DNA of 64,000 nt, from IMG/VR virus record IMGVR_UViG_3300008110_000009; one strand, 5' to 3'. The position numbers were made by a program, and so were the translations under genes. This DNA is from a virus. The notes under the pieces were generated by a model. It did no database searches, was not told the origin of the DNA, and worked only from the letters and a program-made list of their open reading frames with translations. Of this stretch, positions 47,201-57,390 are shown piece after piece; positions within the stretch are counted from its first letter, which is position 1, and every line of letters starts with the position of its first letter.

Positions 47201-50103
47201 GCGTTATCAAAAAATGTAGCTCCGCTAATAGGAATTGTAATTCCGCTTATAATATCAATACCGTCAGTAAGATATTTTTTATATCTGTGATATTGTGCCC
47301 CCCATTTTAAAATTAAATGATGTGGTATATAATGTGTCGCACCAACTTCTTTAAATAACGAAAACATAAATGTCTTTTTACCATCAAAGTCTAAAACGTC
47401 GTCTAAATCTTTATATGGTAAAGAATTTAATAAAATATATGCCGATCCAACATATCTACCCTCAACCCCGCCTTTCATAAAATCATCATATAGTTGCTTG
47501 TGAAAATATGGCGTGTTTAATAGATTTCTTGTAAAATTATCATACTTTATTTGACTCGAAAACATATTTTTATGGTAACTTGAATTAACCCAAGCTTTCG
47601 GATTAATTGGTGAGCTAATAAAATTAGAATTTTCATTAACCTTAAAAATACCTTTATAACCAATAGATGAGCCGGAACCGAAAGTGTTACTCAATAAATT
47701 AGTTGAAACATATGAACTGTATAGATCAGAATTAAAAGGAAACTCTTTTGTTCTATATTCTGGAATAACAAATGAATCTAAAGCAGATTGTAATTTCTCA
47801 AATTCATTACTTTTGGTACCATTATTTTGAACAGAATTAGTATAATGTTCAATTTTAAAATCATCATCAAGTAACCCTCTAATATATTCTACTGTTGTTA
47901 GACCATCTTGAAAATATGGGTATCTCTCTTTTTCTGCGTATTTTTGAAGTGAATCTGTTAAATCTGTTATACTTTTAATTCTTGTACTAAGTAATGCTCT
48001 TATATCAACATCACTTTGTGTTGCTCCACTAATATTTTTAAATTCATTTTCAACAATTTCGTCTAAACCTTTTCCATAATCAAAACTCTCTAACGATGTA
48101 ATTAACTGTGCTCTCTCATAAATCTCGTAAAGAATATTTGATAAAGATTTGTTTATATATGGTGCGGGGTCTGCAATTTTTAATAATGAACTTACATTAA
48201 AAGTTTCTCTTGTTTCTTTATCATCATCAAAAACAAACGTAATTTCTCCGGGACTAACTTCTTTACCAGTTCCAGTATCCACTCTTTTAACAGCTACGCT
48301 ATTATATGTTTCAACAAACTCAACCTCTGGCCAAATATTATAGTTATTACCTTTTGTTAATCCTATTATTTCTGGATCTGCGGGATAAAAGAATGTTGGT
48401 TTATCATCTCTACCATTCTTTTTAACTTCTGGCCAAGGATAAATTATTTCTCTTTGATCATCTGCGGTTTTAGCGGCATACGCTATTTCTTTTTTTCTTA
48501 AATCAGATTTTTGAATTGACTTGTTGTGTACGTCTTTCATTAGTCTAATGTACGTATCTGCATTTGCTAAAATAACAGCAAAAATATTTCTAATTGTAGG
48601 TTTAAAACCAAAACCAACCTCTTTGTTTTGTATCACCACATTCATTTTATTTTCAACTTCATTTTCTACCGCGTCTCTTTGCTTTATGAATGTGGCTTGT
48701 ATTGATTTTATATAATTTATTAATTTTTCATTTGATACAACTATTTGGCTATCTTTTATTTCATAAAAGTTTTTAATATTTTTTACTGTATCTAACGATA
48801 CTGTCTGTGTTTCTATACCGTTTTTTAGTTTGGCCTTTGGTTTAGCACCAAATGCTTTATTTTTTTCAAGATCATCTACATAATACTTTATAATAGATGC
48901 TAATGAGTTACTTGTTGTTGCTCCTGTAACTATTTCAAAATTAAGCGGGCCACTTGTAACTTTACTGCTATCGTTTGTTGGCTTATTTAATCTATAATAA
49001 TTTACAGTTGTATCAGTGGTTGATCCGGGAAATCTAACGGTCTCAGAATATGGTGGATTATCTGCTGAAAGGTATCTACTACCCCAAGAGATAATAGCCT
49101 TTTCAAATTTATCGAGAGTCTTATCATATTGTGCCACATCACTTAAAACATCTGGTTCAATTGTTTCAGAAAAAAGTGCTTTTTCTATAATTGTATCCAA
49201 AGCGGTTGCAGTCATTAATAAATCTCTAAGAGTTTTAACTGGAAAATTTTTATCTATATAACCCTTTGCTTTATATTCGTTATAAACAGATTTTAATATT
49301 GCGTATCCTTTTGTTGTTTTAGAAATAGTTTTTTCAATAAACCCTGTTTTTTCATTCACCTTAAGTGGTTCTGGTTTTTCAACCATATACATGAATGGCG
49401 CATTAATAATGTTTTGTAAAAGTATATCGTTTAAAAATGCGTAGCTTGAGCCAACAAATTTTGTTGCAATTTCAAAATTACCGGTACTGCCATTGAATTT
49501 AGATTTAAAATCAACTAACTGAAGTCTGTATCTTATCGCTTTACCATAAAATCCTTTAATTGTTAAATAAAATATTGGCCATGGTTGATGAAAAAAAGCT
49601 TTATATGGTGAATTGTCCGGGGCGTCAAATAAAGTTTTACCTCTAACATCAATAAAATTTATACCAACTTGAGGGATGTTGTTTGCCCCTTTAACTGTAA
49701 CATTTATTGAATCAATACCGAATGTTTGTGCAGTTGGGTCGTAATGTACACCTTCTCCGGTTGTTCTACTAGACGCTATATTATTATTTGAAACAAATGT
49801 TTCTGTCCAATTTGTATCAAAATTGTTTTCAAACTCATTTTTTGGGTCTGAGTTTCTAAGTAAATTAAATTTTCCTTGTGCAACAGATGTTAATGTATTT
49901 GTTTGAGATTCAGAATATAAAACACTTCTTGGTACCAGATCGGCCTCAAGGTTAACATACATTACTAAATTTTCGTGATCAACAAATCTTGGTTGCAAAT
50001 CGCCAGATGAGGAAACAACGGTATTAGGATCAATGTGTACTATGTTTTGTTGATCTACTAATACTAATATGTTTTCATTCTGATTTAATTGATTATTCGC
50101 CAT
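44281..50103 (-). CDS. Very large baseplate hub-type protein (gp27/VgrG-like position)
   Basis: 1940 aa; follows the LysM gene; CMGNAMIQP..YF.L..VPMF.G.Y....V.H......F.T...GVR resembles the end of gp27/gpD-type hubs. Confidence 0.55.
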   Translation of the reverse strand: MANNQLNQNENILVLVDQQNIVHIDPNTVVSSSGDLQPRFVDHENLVMYVNLEADLVPRSVLYSESQTNTLTSVAQGKFNLLRNSDPKNEFENNFDTNWTETFVSNNNIASSRTTGEGVHYDPTAQTFGIDSINVTVKGANNIPQVGINFIDVRGKTLFDAPDNSPYKAFFHQPWPIFYLTIKGFYGKAIRYRLQLVDFKSKFNGSTGNFEIATKFVGSSYAFLNDILLQNIINAPFMYMVEKPEPLKVNEKTGFIEKTISKTTKGYAILKSVYNEYKAKGYIDKNFPVKTLRDLLMTATALDTIIEKALFSETIEPDVLSDVAQYDKTLDKFEKAIISWGSRYLSADNPPYSETVRFPGSTTDTTVNYYRLNKPTNDSSKVTSGPLNFEIVTGATTSNSLASIIKYYVDDLEKNKAFGAKPKAKLKNGIETQTVSLDTVKNIKNFYEIKDSQIVVSNEKLINYIKSIQATFIKQRDAVENEVENKMNVVIQNKEVGFGFKPTIRNIFAVILANADTYIRLMKDVHNKSIQKSDLRKKEIAYAAKTADDQREIIYPWPEVKKNGRDDKPTFFYPADPEIIGLTKGNNYNIWPEVEFVETYNSVAVKRVDTGTGKEVSPGEITFVFDDDKETRETFNVSSLLKIADPAPYINKSLSNILYEIYERAQLITSLESFDYGKGLDEIVENEFKNISGATQSDVDIRALLSTRIKSITDLTDSLQKYAEKERYPYFQDGLTTVEYIRGLLDDDFKIEHYTNSVQNNGTKSNEFEKLQSALDSFVIPEYRTKEFPFNSDLYSSYVSTNLLSNTFGSGSSIGYKGIFKVNENSNFISSPINPKAWVNSSYHKNMFSSQIKYDNFTRNLLNTPYFHKQLYDDFMKGGVEGRYVGSAYILLNSLPYKDLDDVLDFDGKKTFMFSLFKEVGATHYIPHHLILKWGAQYHRYKKYLTDGIDIISGITIPISGATFFDNATNASFSLTGNTTPDQTGMTSTITGATYNSNSYVGLYPFYHGIYSQIVNGYSFYNPSGFTKTSANAANAANQYSAAVASGMTKFVISKPTSTSGYTFTCLVDNSIFSPKDTRYTVLPSFNGGQITDLINNFNTLTQDSFRLIYDSNNLNNNPSYSTVYFPTYGERFENISGEYTLNGNKKRVMDLIAVFSPDILDEFEKMFINFASLDLDLDTVKEGIDYSSFQSLLKEITSISKDGIDFNSSGYQTKIKENQTKKLEDLTNQLLNNKALDILTIGNPRQIDDYVIRGYIGRSKTYGVNEYNVSQLTAQNQKLIELYIGQNITGATYSGISSNLYHHFFQISDIQVNSENIYAHRELARIYAGWVKDQIVNTPGFSPNYTNFKTYIEANIFRPQVNRLNDFLNNLTRKFSVLKEETLEGKVTIYHGFNEAKSTLLDLYQYFKSFNDKWISGNAIGQRSLMDEFLFLDRSNRDIGDEAYISLERLISLADEKNIKIDLYSAVSLLIQGTNFDLRPLPAYVNFYGTNSTNKKKILPSKSIARTLFGTHLDVDYQESSPKIILQYINKTSQYLDMSKVSKEYKFKNDGFDIKNPNNNPLLIEPKIFMDADLSKSNRVVSFEINFGDQAQNIFKNISLDQSTYKNTTESALAQERLARSQGGGGSHAVDIGLFDIYKTASYQCSVTCMGNAMIQPTMYFYLANVPMFAGTYLVFDVNHAIKQGTFETTFTGVRISNSSLPSLESTFMSSYRPLFSRILSAAVKKKQQSDQAQTTAKSITTTDNKTFTIDPGAPARGEDLNNINKTSGFLFGDLLPYNGQQINGKPEQYIQSINYNNENWLRSRVCVLGSGKYIPIKNGSPAELSMVSGWKAYPNKLVKLSDIGPLYEYYSIRANVTNTNKETLFGWDTIFYVPKSNATYTLETNVNPNDGKFDGPVHSGPSIDDPTYAQYGFAISPSLMRKLRLVEGDVLYLRYVRK

Positions 50104-50413
50104 AATATAGTCTATACAATTCTACGCCCTTTTTATAATCTTGTAAAGAATTAATCAAAGGAAAAGGAATCCTAATAATTGCGTTATCTGGTATCTCAAA
50201 CTCTACGGAACCTAATTTGGGATTAGCCATTAAAATTAACCAACTAAACAATGGGGTTCCATAATATTCTTGTGATATTTTATCTAAACGGTCTTTACCC
50301 TTTTTATAGTTAAAAAACTTATCAGTAGACTTTTGGGGTATTTCAATACCTGGAACAATTTTATGTTCCCCGTCTTCTAAAAAGTAATCATATCTATTGA
50401 AATACTGATTCAT
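50093..50413 (-). CDS. LysM-like baseplate protein (T4 gp53 / P2 gpX-like)
   Basis: DRLDKISQEYYGTPLFSWLILMANP...IRIP. Confidence 0.8.
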   Translation of the reverse strand: MNQYFNRYDYFLEDGEHKIVPGIEIPQKSTDKFFNYKKGKDRLDKISQEYYGTPLFSWLILMANPKLGSVEFEIPDNAIIRIPFPLINSLQDYKKGVELYRLYYGE

Positions 50414-53400
50414 TATTTACTAGGTTTTAAAAAATTTAATTTGGTTGCTCCTGCAGCACCTTTTATTGCGTGTACTTTTTCAAGTATTTCAATTTCTTGG
50501 CCACTTAATGTTCCAGTATAGCTGAAATCAAATGGTTTTATTTCTTTTTTAAGCTTAGCCTCTTTGTATTTAAATTTCTTAATATCCGAATCAGATTTAT
50601 TGTTCTTAATAAATTTCTCAACTCTCTTTTCTATTCTGTTTAATGCATTTTGATCAAAATACTTTGTGTCTTTTGAATCGTCATATAGTTTTCTAATAAC
50701 AGAAACTTTGTCTTTTATTATAAATGCTAATATCTTTTTATAAGCAGTATCATCAAAAGATGGTAAGTTAAAATTAATTGTATTATCTAAATCAGTTGTG
50801 AAGATTGAGTGCTTGTCTTTTATAAGGTTTATCGCTTCATCATATTGTGTATAAAACTTAGTATAATCAAAATTTGCTAATGTTGCAACAGTGGTTTCTT
50901 TTTTATCAAATCTGCCGTCTTTACCATTGGTTTTCATTATAAAATTAACCCTATCAATTAAATCAATAAGTTTGTTTCTATTTTCTTCTAAATCTTTAGT
51001 TGCTTTTTCGTCTCTTATTTTATTTAAAAACTCGGTTATTGTTGTTTTGATATATGCATCAATTATTTCTCTAGATCTATCATACTTTGATGTTCCGGAA
51101 TCAAATCCTAAATCTAAAACAACATTATGATCTGATGAACTAACTTTAGCAAGTAATTCTTTTTCTACTCTTCCATAAAGATTGGCAAAATCAACAAATT
51201 GTTTGTATTCGCCCAATAAATTAACCTGTATTGTTGATGACAATGTATTTTGAACATCAATTTGATTAATTGTTCTATATGTTTGTGATATAAACATAGG
51301 TAAAAATTCTTTACCATATGATTCTGTTAGTTTTGTATATGTGTTTTTGAAAGCACTAAAATAATCATTGGTTGATTTAAATAAATTTTGAATGACTTCT
51401 TTATAGGTCATTTTAGTTCCATTTTGTGATCCAATCCAAGTACCGTCTTTTTTAGTTTTATCTTCAGTTGGTAAACCAGCAACACCTGGTGTTTTAACGC
51501 CTCCGGTTAATTTTTCTAAGAAATCAACATTGAATCTCTGTAGTTTGTCTTGGTCAACAGTAGAATCGGCTCTATAATCATAAACCTCAGTATTTGCATA
51601 AAAGTTTGAACTTAAAGCATTTTGTAACTTGGCTACTGGCTCTTTAATACCTTGACCACCAATAAAGTTAACTTGTAATGTCACATCAGCAACCATTGGT
51701 TGTACACCAATACCTTCTGGGTTTAAATCCCATGTGCTATTTTCATATGTAATGTTCATAGCCGTTATCACAATCTTTGAATGGTAAAAATCACCAATTC
51801 TTAAAACACAAACAGGTGGCGGGCCAAATGTTGTATTTCTAGCATCGACAACGGTTCCATTTATGTCTGTTCCTAATTGTTTAACTGGTATCGTGTCACC
51901 AGGTCTAATACATTGATGTAAGAATGTTAATCTAGCGTTTAGTCCTTCTGGTGTCATTGAATGGAAAGCTGGATGAAAATATCTCAACTTTTCTTTTAGA
52001 CTACCAAATACAACAGGATCTGTTTCTTCTAATTTCTTAAAATAGAAACATTCAGAAAGAGCCTTCATTATAAGTTTCTTTACAACATCTAATGGTGGTT
52101 TTCTTTTTTTAGTTGTTGTAATTTCTGAAATATCTGTTTTGCCTGGGGTTATTGTTGTTTCTCCGGGGATAAATCTAGTTTTCTTTTCTGGTTCTGTTTT
52201 ATTAACTTGTTCATAAGTTATTTTAACACTCGCAGATCTACAATAAAAAGTAATTGGAGCGTATTTTTTTAAACCAGTTTTATTTTTAATTTCTTTACCA
52301 GTGCAATCATATGTTTCTGGTCCACTTGCTGTTGCTTTTTCACCCTTGTTAACAAAGTCAACAACCATTGATCCTTCAATATCCTCACCATATCCTAACT
52401 TTTTAAGATCAATTGTTACCGTTTGATTGGTCTGTGCTGGATTAGCATTTAATTCATCAATTGTTTTATCCCATTTATATTCAGGTATTGTATTTGAATC
52501 TTTTGAAATCGACTTTAATACATATTTTATCAAACTATCAGATCTTCTATGTGAAAGTTTAATATTGTATGAATCATCCGCAACAAATGATGTTGATGAC
52601 TCAATAGTTAGTTTTATTTGTTTTATATTTTTCTTTTCTAATTCTGATTTAAGTGTTGCTGTTGCCCCACTTATTATACCAAAATTTGTTTGTAGTTGTG
52701 TAAAAGCTGTATCAATTAAACCCTTTTTCTCATTTATTAATGTTTGAATTGAAATCGTACCTCCACTTGTTGGATCTTCTGTTCCAAATATTACAAATCT
52801 ATCTGCTTTGTTATCTTTTGTATCAACGGTTAAAATAGTATTAAGACCACTAGCTAATTGATTTTTAAAATTTTCTTTATCTTTAATATAATCACTATAT
52901 ACTGAATCATATGATTGACTTTTAGCATCAATGTATATGTTGCTTTTAGGGCCTGGAATATCATTTGGAAAATAAATTATATTATCAGCTAATACTTGGC
53001 CAAGGGTATTTCTACCATCCGCAGCTGGACTTTCAATAGGTTCTTCTCTTCCTGGTTTTACAGTCACTTCACCAGCAACGCTATTAAATTCAAGTGATGT
53101 TGTTGTGTCTTCTCTTCTAAAATTTTCATCTTTTCTATAATACTCAAGATAAGACATAATCAATTGAAGATCGGATGGATCTAATGTAATATATTTTCTA
53201 ACTAAAGTATAAAAATCAACATCATAACATCCAGCAAAGAATGAATTTAAAAAGTTCTCAGCTTCTTCATCAGAAATTTCTTTAATTAATAAATTAAGAA
53301 TACTCGGGTGGTCAACAACAACTTTAAAAGATATTGTACCTGTTCTTTCTGTATTCTGATATGTGTATATCGGTTCTGGTCTACCTAGAAAATTATTTTT

Positions 53401-55218
53401 ATCCCAGTTAGCTGTATTAGTTTCGTTTACCTTTAAATCATATGGAGGAAACCACATAACACGGCCACCAGTAGCACCTCTTTCACATATAGGTAAATCA
53501 TTAACAGTATATCCAAATTTGTTTGAAGTTTTCCATGCTAAATTCTCAATAGAAAACATATATTTTTTAGCTTTACCCTCTATACCGTCTATGTTAGTAG
53601 ACCCAACAAAAGATCTATTACCATTTGACATGGGGGCTATATTTAAATTCCATGGTGTACTCATAACACTGTCTTCGATTTTTCTAATCGTTCCAGTTTT
53701 TTTCATGGTATCTGTATAGTTCATATAAGCCCTATCCTTTGTCCAAACTCTACAATATTCTGTACCATCTTGTACCCCCGTTGCTTTATCAACATATGCA
53801 ATTGCTGAACCTCTTGATATAAATTTTGTACCCTCTTTAAAAACTCTTGAAGTTTGATCAATAACATTTGCAACATGTGATCTTGATTCACCACCATTCT
53901 TTGGTAATGAATTTAATAATTGTTGTGTTTTACCAAGTATTGAATCGTCTCTAAATTCCTGCTTTGTTGATAAGCTATCCTCAAGGATACCTCTCTCTGA
54001 AGAATATTCCGTATTGTTGGCACCTAATCTATTTTTTGAATTAATACTAAACCATGTTAATTTTCCCGGAATTGAACCTCTTTCTGAAATATTTTTCTCA
54101 TTAGAAAATAACTCTGCAGCTTTTGAATCAAATTTATATGAAAGATAGTATGGGCTTAATACTTTATTTTGATTAAAATCTTCTAAAACATTTTTAATAT
54201 CATCTCCTCTATCATCTCCGATATATGCTTTACCTTCTGGAGCTTCTCTACCTAATACTTTATTTATACCAGTAGCAACACTATCAACAAAATTGAATAG
54301 TTTACTTGTATTTTGTGATCTAGCTCTGGTTGTATAATTTGGTGCATAAGTTGAAAAAGATAAATTATCAAATAAAACATCTTTTTGACCATCACTCAAA
54401 TATTCAATCATTAAGTCTGATGGTTTTCTACTTGCCGCCGGTCTTCTTTGTATTCCTAATAATGAACCTAATACACCTGTAGCATCTTGAAATATTTTTC
54501 CTAATTCAGTTTTAGGTACTGGTCTGTTTACAACAGGGTTTGCTGGATTTGTTAAATAATCACCAGGTATTTCTGACCATGGAAATTCTATACCAGAAAC
54601 TGTTTGTAAAAAATCTATTGCTTTGCCAGGTATAGTTTTTGCAACAGTAATCTTATAATTTTTTTCAATTAATCTTTCTCTACCTCTTATAATATTAATT
54701 GCAGATGAAAGATTACCATTAACGGCGTCTAATATTCTTGCTCTACCTTCTGTAGCTGTTTTTAAATTTTGCCTAATTCTAGATTGAACTGGACCGTCTG
54801 GTGATTCGGTTAAATGATAGTTGGCAAATTTTGCTAATGTCGATTCAAATTCGTAATTACCAGAATTTAAAGCCCCAATAAGACTTCTACCTAATATACC
54901 GTCAGCTATTGGAAAATATGGATACAACCCTATATTACCTGCTGGGTCAATTAAAATTCTTGTATTTTCTAAAACCTCATATTGACTATTTTCAGGTCCA
55001 AATCTATTACTACCATCTGTTGAAACTAATTGAGCAGCTCTAGATGTATCATCGTTTAATGTTACATCCCCTAAATCCCTATTGGCAATATTTCTGGTAG
55101 TTTGAATAGAGTAGTTAGATGTGTTAAAAGTTTGTGGACCATTTGGCTTTTGTAGGGTCTTAGCTAATAACTCATCTCTAAGTTTTTTTGTAGAATTAAA
55201 ATCTAAATAACTTGGCAT
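50413..55218 (-). CDS. Large tail-tube initiator/baseplate protein (gp48/gp54-like regions) with OmpA-like insertion
   Basis: FLGRPEPIYTYQNTERTGTISF and PPVCVLRIGDFY...ITYENSTWDLN motifs; between tape measure and LysM genes. Confidence 0.6.
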   Translation of the reverse strand: MPSYLDFNSTKKLRDELLAKTLQKPNGPQTFNTSNYSIQTTRNIANRDLGDVTLNDDTSRAAQLVSTDGSNRFGPENSQYEVLENTRILIDPAGNIGLYPYFPIADGILGRSLIGALNSGNYEFESTLAKFANYHLTESPDGPVQSRIRQNLKTATEGRARILDAVNGNLSSAINIIRGRERLIEKNYKITVAKTIPGKAIDFLQTVSGIEFPWSEIPGDYLTNPANPVVNRPVPKTELGKIFQDATGVLGSLLGIQRRPAASRKPSDLMIEYLSDGQKDVLFDNLSFSTYAPNYTTRARSQNTSKLFNFVDSVATGINKVLGREAPEGKAYIGDDRGDDIKNVLEDFNQNKVLSPYYLSYKFDSKAAELFSNEKNISERGSIPGKLTWFSINSKNRLGANNTEYSSERGILEDSLSTKQEFRDDSILGKTQQLLNSLPKNGGESRSHVANVIDQTSRVFKEGTKFISRGSAIAYVDKATGVQDGTEYCRVWTKDRAYMNYTDTMKKTGTIRKIEDSVMSTPWNLNIAPMSNGNRSFVGSTNIDGIEGKAKKYMFSIENLAWKTSNKFGYTVNDLPICERGATGGRVMWFPPYDLKVNETNTANWDKNNFLGRPEPIYTYQNTERTGTISFKVVVDHPSILNLLIKEISDEEAENFLNSFFAGCYDVDFYTLVRKYITLDPSDLQLIMSYLEYYRKDENFRREDTTTSLEFNSVAGEVTVKPGREEPIESPAADGRNTLGQVLADNIIYFPNDIPGPKSNIYIDAKSQSYDSVYSDYIKDKENFKNQLASGLNTILTVDTKDNKADRFVIFGTEDPTSGGTISIQTLINEKKGLIDTAFTQLQTNFGIISGATATLKSELEKKNIKQIKLTIESSTSFVADDSYNIKLSHRRSDSLIKYVLKSISKDSNTIPEYKWDKTIDELNANPAQTNQTVTIDLKKLGYGEDIEGSMVVDFVNKGEKATASGPETYDCTGKEIKNKTGLKKYAPITFYCRSASVKITYEQVNKTEPEKKTRFIPGETTITPGKTDISEITTTKKRKPPLDVVKKLIMKALSECFYFKKLEETDPVVFGSLKEKLRYFHPAFHSMTPEGLNARLTFLHQCIRPGDTIPVKQLGTDINGTVVDARNTTFGPPPVCVLRIGDFYHSKIVITAMNITYENSTWDLNPEGIGVQPMVADVTLQVNFIGGQGIKEPVAKLQNALSSNFYANTEVYDYRADSTVDQDKLQRFNVDFLEKLTGGVKTPGVAGLPTEDKTKKDGTWIGSQNGTKMTYKEVIQNLFKSTNDYFSAFKNTYTKLTESYGKEFLPMFISQTYRTINQIDVQNTLSSTIQVNLLGEYKQFVDFANLYGRVEKELLAKVSSSDHNVVLDLGFDSGTSKYDRSREIIDAYIKTTITEFLNKIRDEKATKDLEENRNKLIDLIDRVNFIMKTNGKDGRFDKKETTVATLANFDYTKFYTQYDEAINLIKDKHSIFTTDLDNTINFNLPSFDDTAYKKILAFIIKDKVSVIRKLYDDSKDTKYFDQNALNRIEKRVEKFIKNNKSDSDIKKFKYKEAKLKKEIKPFDFSYTGTLSGQEIEILEKVHAIKGAAGATKLNFLKPSK

Positions 55219-55257
55219 CTATTCTTTTATCTAATAAATAGATAATTTATTATTTTA

Positions 55258-57213
55258 CTATGCGTATGTTTTGGTGCTTTTAACAATATTAGAAACAAAT
55301 TCAGCCCTCATTTGTGGATTTTTAGATAGTTCATCAACCACAATACCCGCTAATTGTGTGCTATTACTGTTTATATCCACTTTAATATCTACAGAGCCTG
55401 TAAAACCTTTTAATCCCTCATAAGCATCTTTACCCTTCTCTATACCTCTTTCAATTAATTCTTTTGCTTTTTCTAGGACCTCAGTTGCTTTTTCTTGAAT
55501 ATTCAAATCTTTAGTTATGTCACTTAGTTTTGTTTCTAAATACTTAATTGTCTCTTGTACCTCTTTTGGCATTCCCCCTTTTACTTTATCGATTATTTTG
55601 TCTAAAGCTTCGCCAGCGGCTCCTGTAGCCTCGCCATATACTTGTTTCATTGTTTGTGCACTGTTATTTTGAGTAGGGTTAATTTTTTCAGTAAAATCAA
55701 CTGCCTTCTTCATTAAATTAGCGGCAGCATCTCCAGCTGGTCCACTTCTAACATCTTCCATTAATCTTAGATAAATGGCTGTCGCTACATTTAGTATTTT
55801 GGTTGTTTCGTTAAATTGATTTCTAGCAATATCTATTGGTTTTTCGTCTGCTGCTTTTTTCTGTAAATCCTGTAATTCTGCTAATTGTTTATCTGTTAAA
55901 TCACTTAAACTAACAAAACCATCTTTAACATTGGTTAACCCCATTTGTTGAACCATATTTTTAGGTATATCAAAACCAACTTTTCCATCTTTTATTGTTG
56001 CAATATTTGAAACAAATTCTCTTTGATCATCTGTTAATGATGGGAACATATTCAACTCGCTCATTGCTTCAAATTTAGCAGCACCTTTAACCGCCATATT
56101 TGTCAATTCACCCATTGAAATACCTAAAGCATCAGACATTGCTTTTGCTCTTCTTAAATTGGCGCCACTTACTTCAAATCTTCCTTGTTCTGCATTGTAT
56201 GTTGCTAAACTTCTTGCTGCCCCAATAATGCTTGTTTGTAACGATTCAACATTATTTGTTGCGTCGTACATTAATTTAATTGGGTCTGCTAAATCACCGA
56301 CAGCACCACCAACAACTTGCAAATTAGCAGCTAAATTTATTGCACTTTCTGGATCATATAATTTATCAGCAACAGTAAAAATACTTTCCATATTTATTTT
56401 TAAAGCTTGAGCCTCTTGAACCATTTTACCTAAACCAGCTATTCCGTTTTGGAATCCAAATGCATTTAATTTACCAAGTTGACTTATTAAAGTTTCTGAT
56501 GTGGCTTTTGCACTAAGGCCTAGTTTTATTGATCTTAAACCAATTTGTTCAATAGATTTTGCCGCCCCATCAAGACCAATTCCAACATTTCTAAAATTTT
56601 CAGCATTCTCTAATAATGTTTTTGAATTTTTTGTAAACGCTAATGATGCAACCATCCCATTTGATATGGTTTTATCACTGTAGGCCGCCATCCTTTCAGA
56701 ATTAACCATTAAAGACTCAACGGCGCTTACTGTTTCATTTGTTGTAACACCAAATCGTTGAGCTTCAATCATAGCAAATCTGGTTGAATCCATCATTTCG
56801 GTAGCTATTCTACCAACATACCCACCAGATCCCCTTGTCTTTTCTAATAATTCAACATTTAATTTAGCAATATCACCTAGCAAGGCTTCACTTGTTGCAA
56901 GTCCAGCATCGAACATCCCAGATAATAACTCTAAAGGATTAAATGTTGCCATTCCCTTTACGGTATCAATTATTTTTTTACCTGTTTCTGTATTAATCCT
57001 AGCTAAAGTCTGTGCTTGTTGATCTATAAAAGCAGCACCTAGTGCACTTGCAATAGTATTACCACCGCTTGTGGTTTTTGATGTTGATTTAGAGGCTTTA
57101 GCTGCTGTATCAGCAATTGCACTAGCGTGTTTTTCTGATGCTTTTTTTGCATCATCATCATCAATACCTAAACTTCTTAAAAAGTCGTAAAAATCTTTTT
57201 TTATGTCTGCCAT
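55258..57213 (-). CDS. Tape measure protein
   Basis: 651 aa, Ala/Leu/Lys-rich and helical; canonical position after tube and chaperone genes. Confidence 0.75.
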   Translation of the reverse strand: MADIKKDFYDFLRSLGIDDDDAKKASEKHASAIADTAAKASKSTSKTTSGGNTIASALGAAFIDQQAQTLARINTETGKKIIDTVKGMATFNPLELLSGMFDAGLATSEALLGDIAKLNVELLEKTRGSGGYVGRIATEMMDSTRFAMIEAQRFGVTTNETVSAVESLMVNSERMAAYSDKTISNGMVASLAFTKNSKTLLENAENFRNVGIGLDGAAKSIEQIGLRSIKLGLSAKATSETLISQLGKLNAFGFQNGIAGLGKMVQEAQALKINMESIFTVADKLYDPESAINLAANLQVVGGAVGDLADPIKLMYDATNNVESLQTSIIGAARSLATYNAEQGRFEVSGANLRRAKAMSDALGISMGELTNMAVKGAAKFEAMSELNMFPSLTDDQREFVSNIATIKDGKVGFDIPKNMVQQMGLTNVKDGFVSLSDLTDKQLAELQDLQKKAADEKPIDIARNQFNETTKILNVATAIYLRLMEDVRSGPAGDAAANLMKKAVDFTEKINPTQNNSAQTMKQVYGEATGAAGEALDKIIDKVKGGMPKEVQETIKYLETKLSDITKDLNIQEKATEVLEKAKELIERGIEKGKDAYEGLKGFTGSVDIKVDINSNSTQLAGIVVDELSKNPQMRAEFVSNIVKSTKTYA

Positions 57214-57243
57214 ATTACTAGTGCTATAATATTATAAATAGTT

Positions 57244-57390
57244 TTATTCAGTTTTTTGTAATATAGCATTAATCATACTTGTTCTTTCGTGAATTGGTAG
57301 AATTAAGATATCTTGATAACTAAATCCTCTTGATACAAGAAATAGTATTGTTTCTATTTGACTTTTTTTATATTCCGTAGAAGGGACGAA
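57244..57390 (-). CDS. Start-less +1-frame extension of the tail assembly chaperone (GT-like product)
   Basis: Open frame FVPSTEYKKSQIETILFLVSRGFSYQDILILPIHERTSMINAILQKTE* overlapping the chaperone 3' end, with no ATG until its last 10 codons; fills the gap before the tape measure gene. Confidence 0.65.
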   Translation of the reverse strand, partial: FVPSTEYKKSQIETILFLVSRGFSYQDILILPIHERTSMINAILQKTE

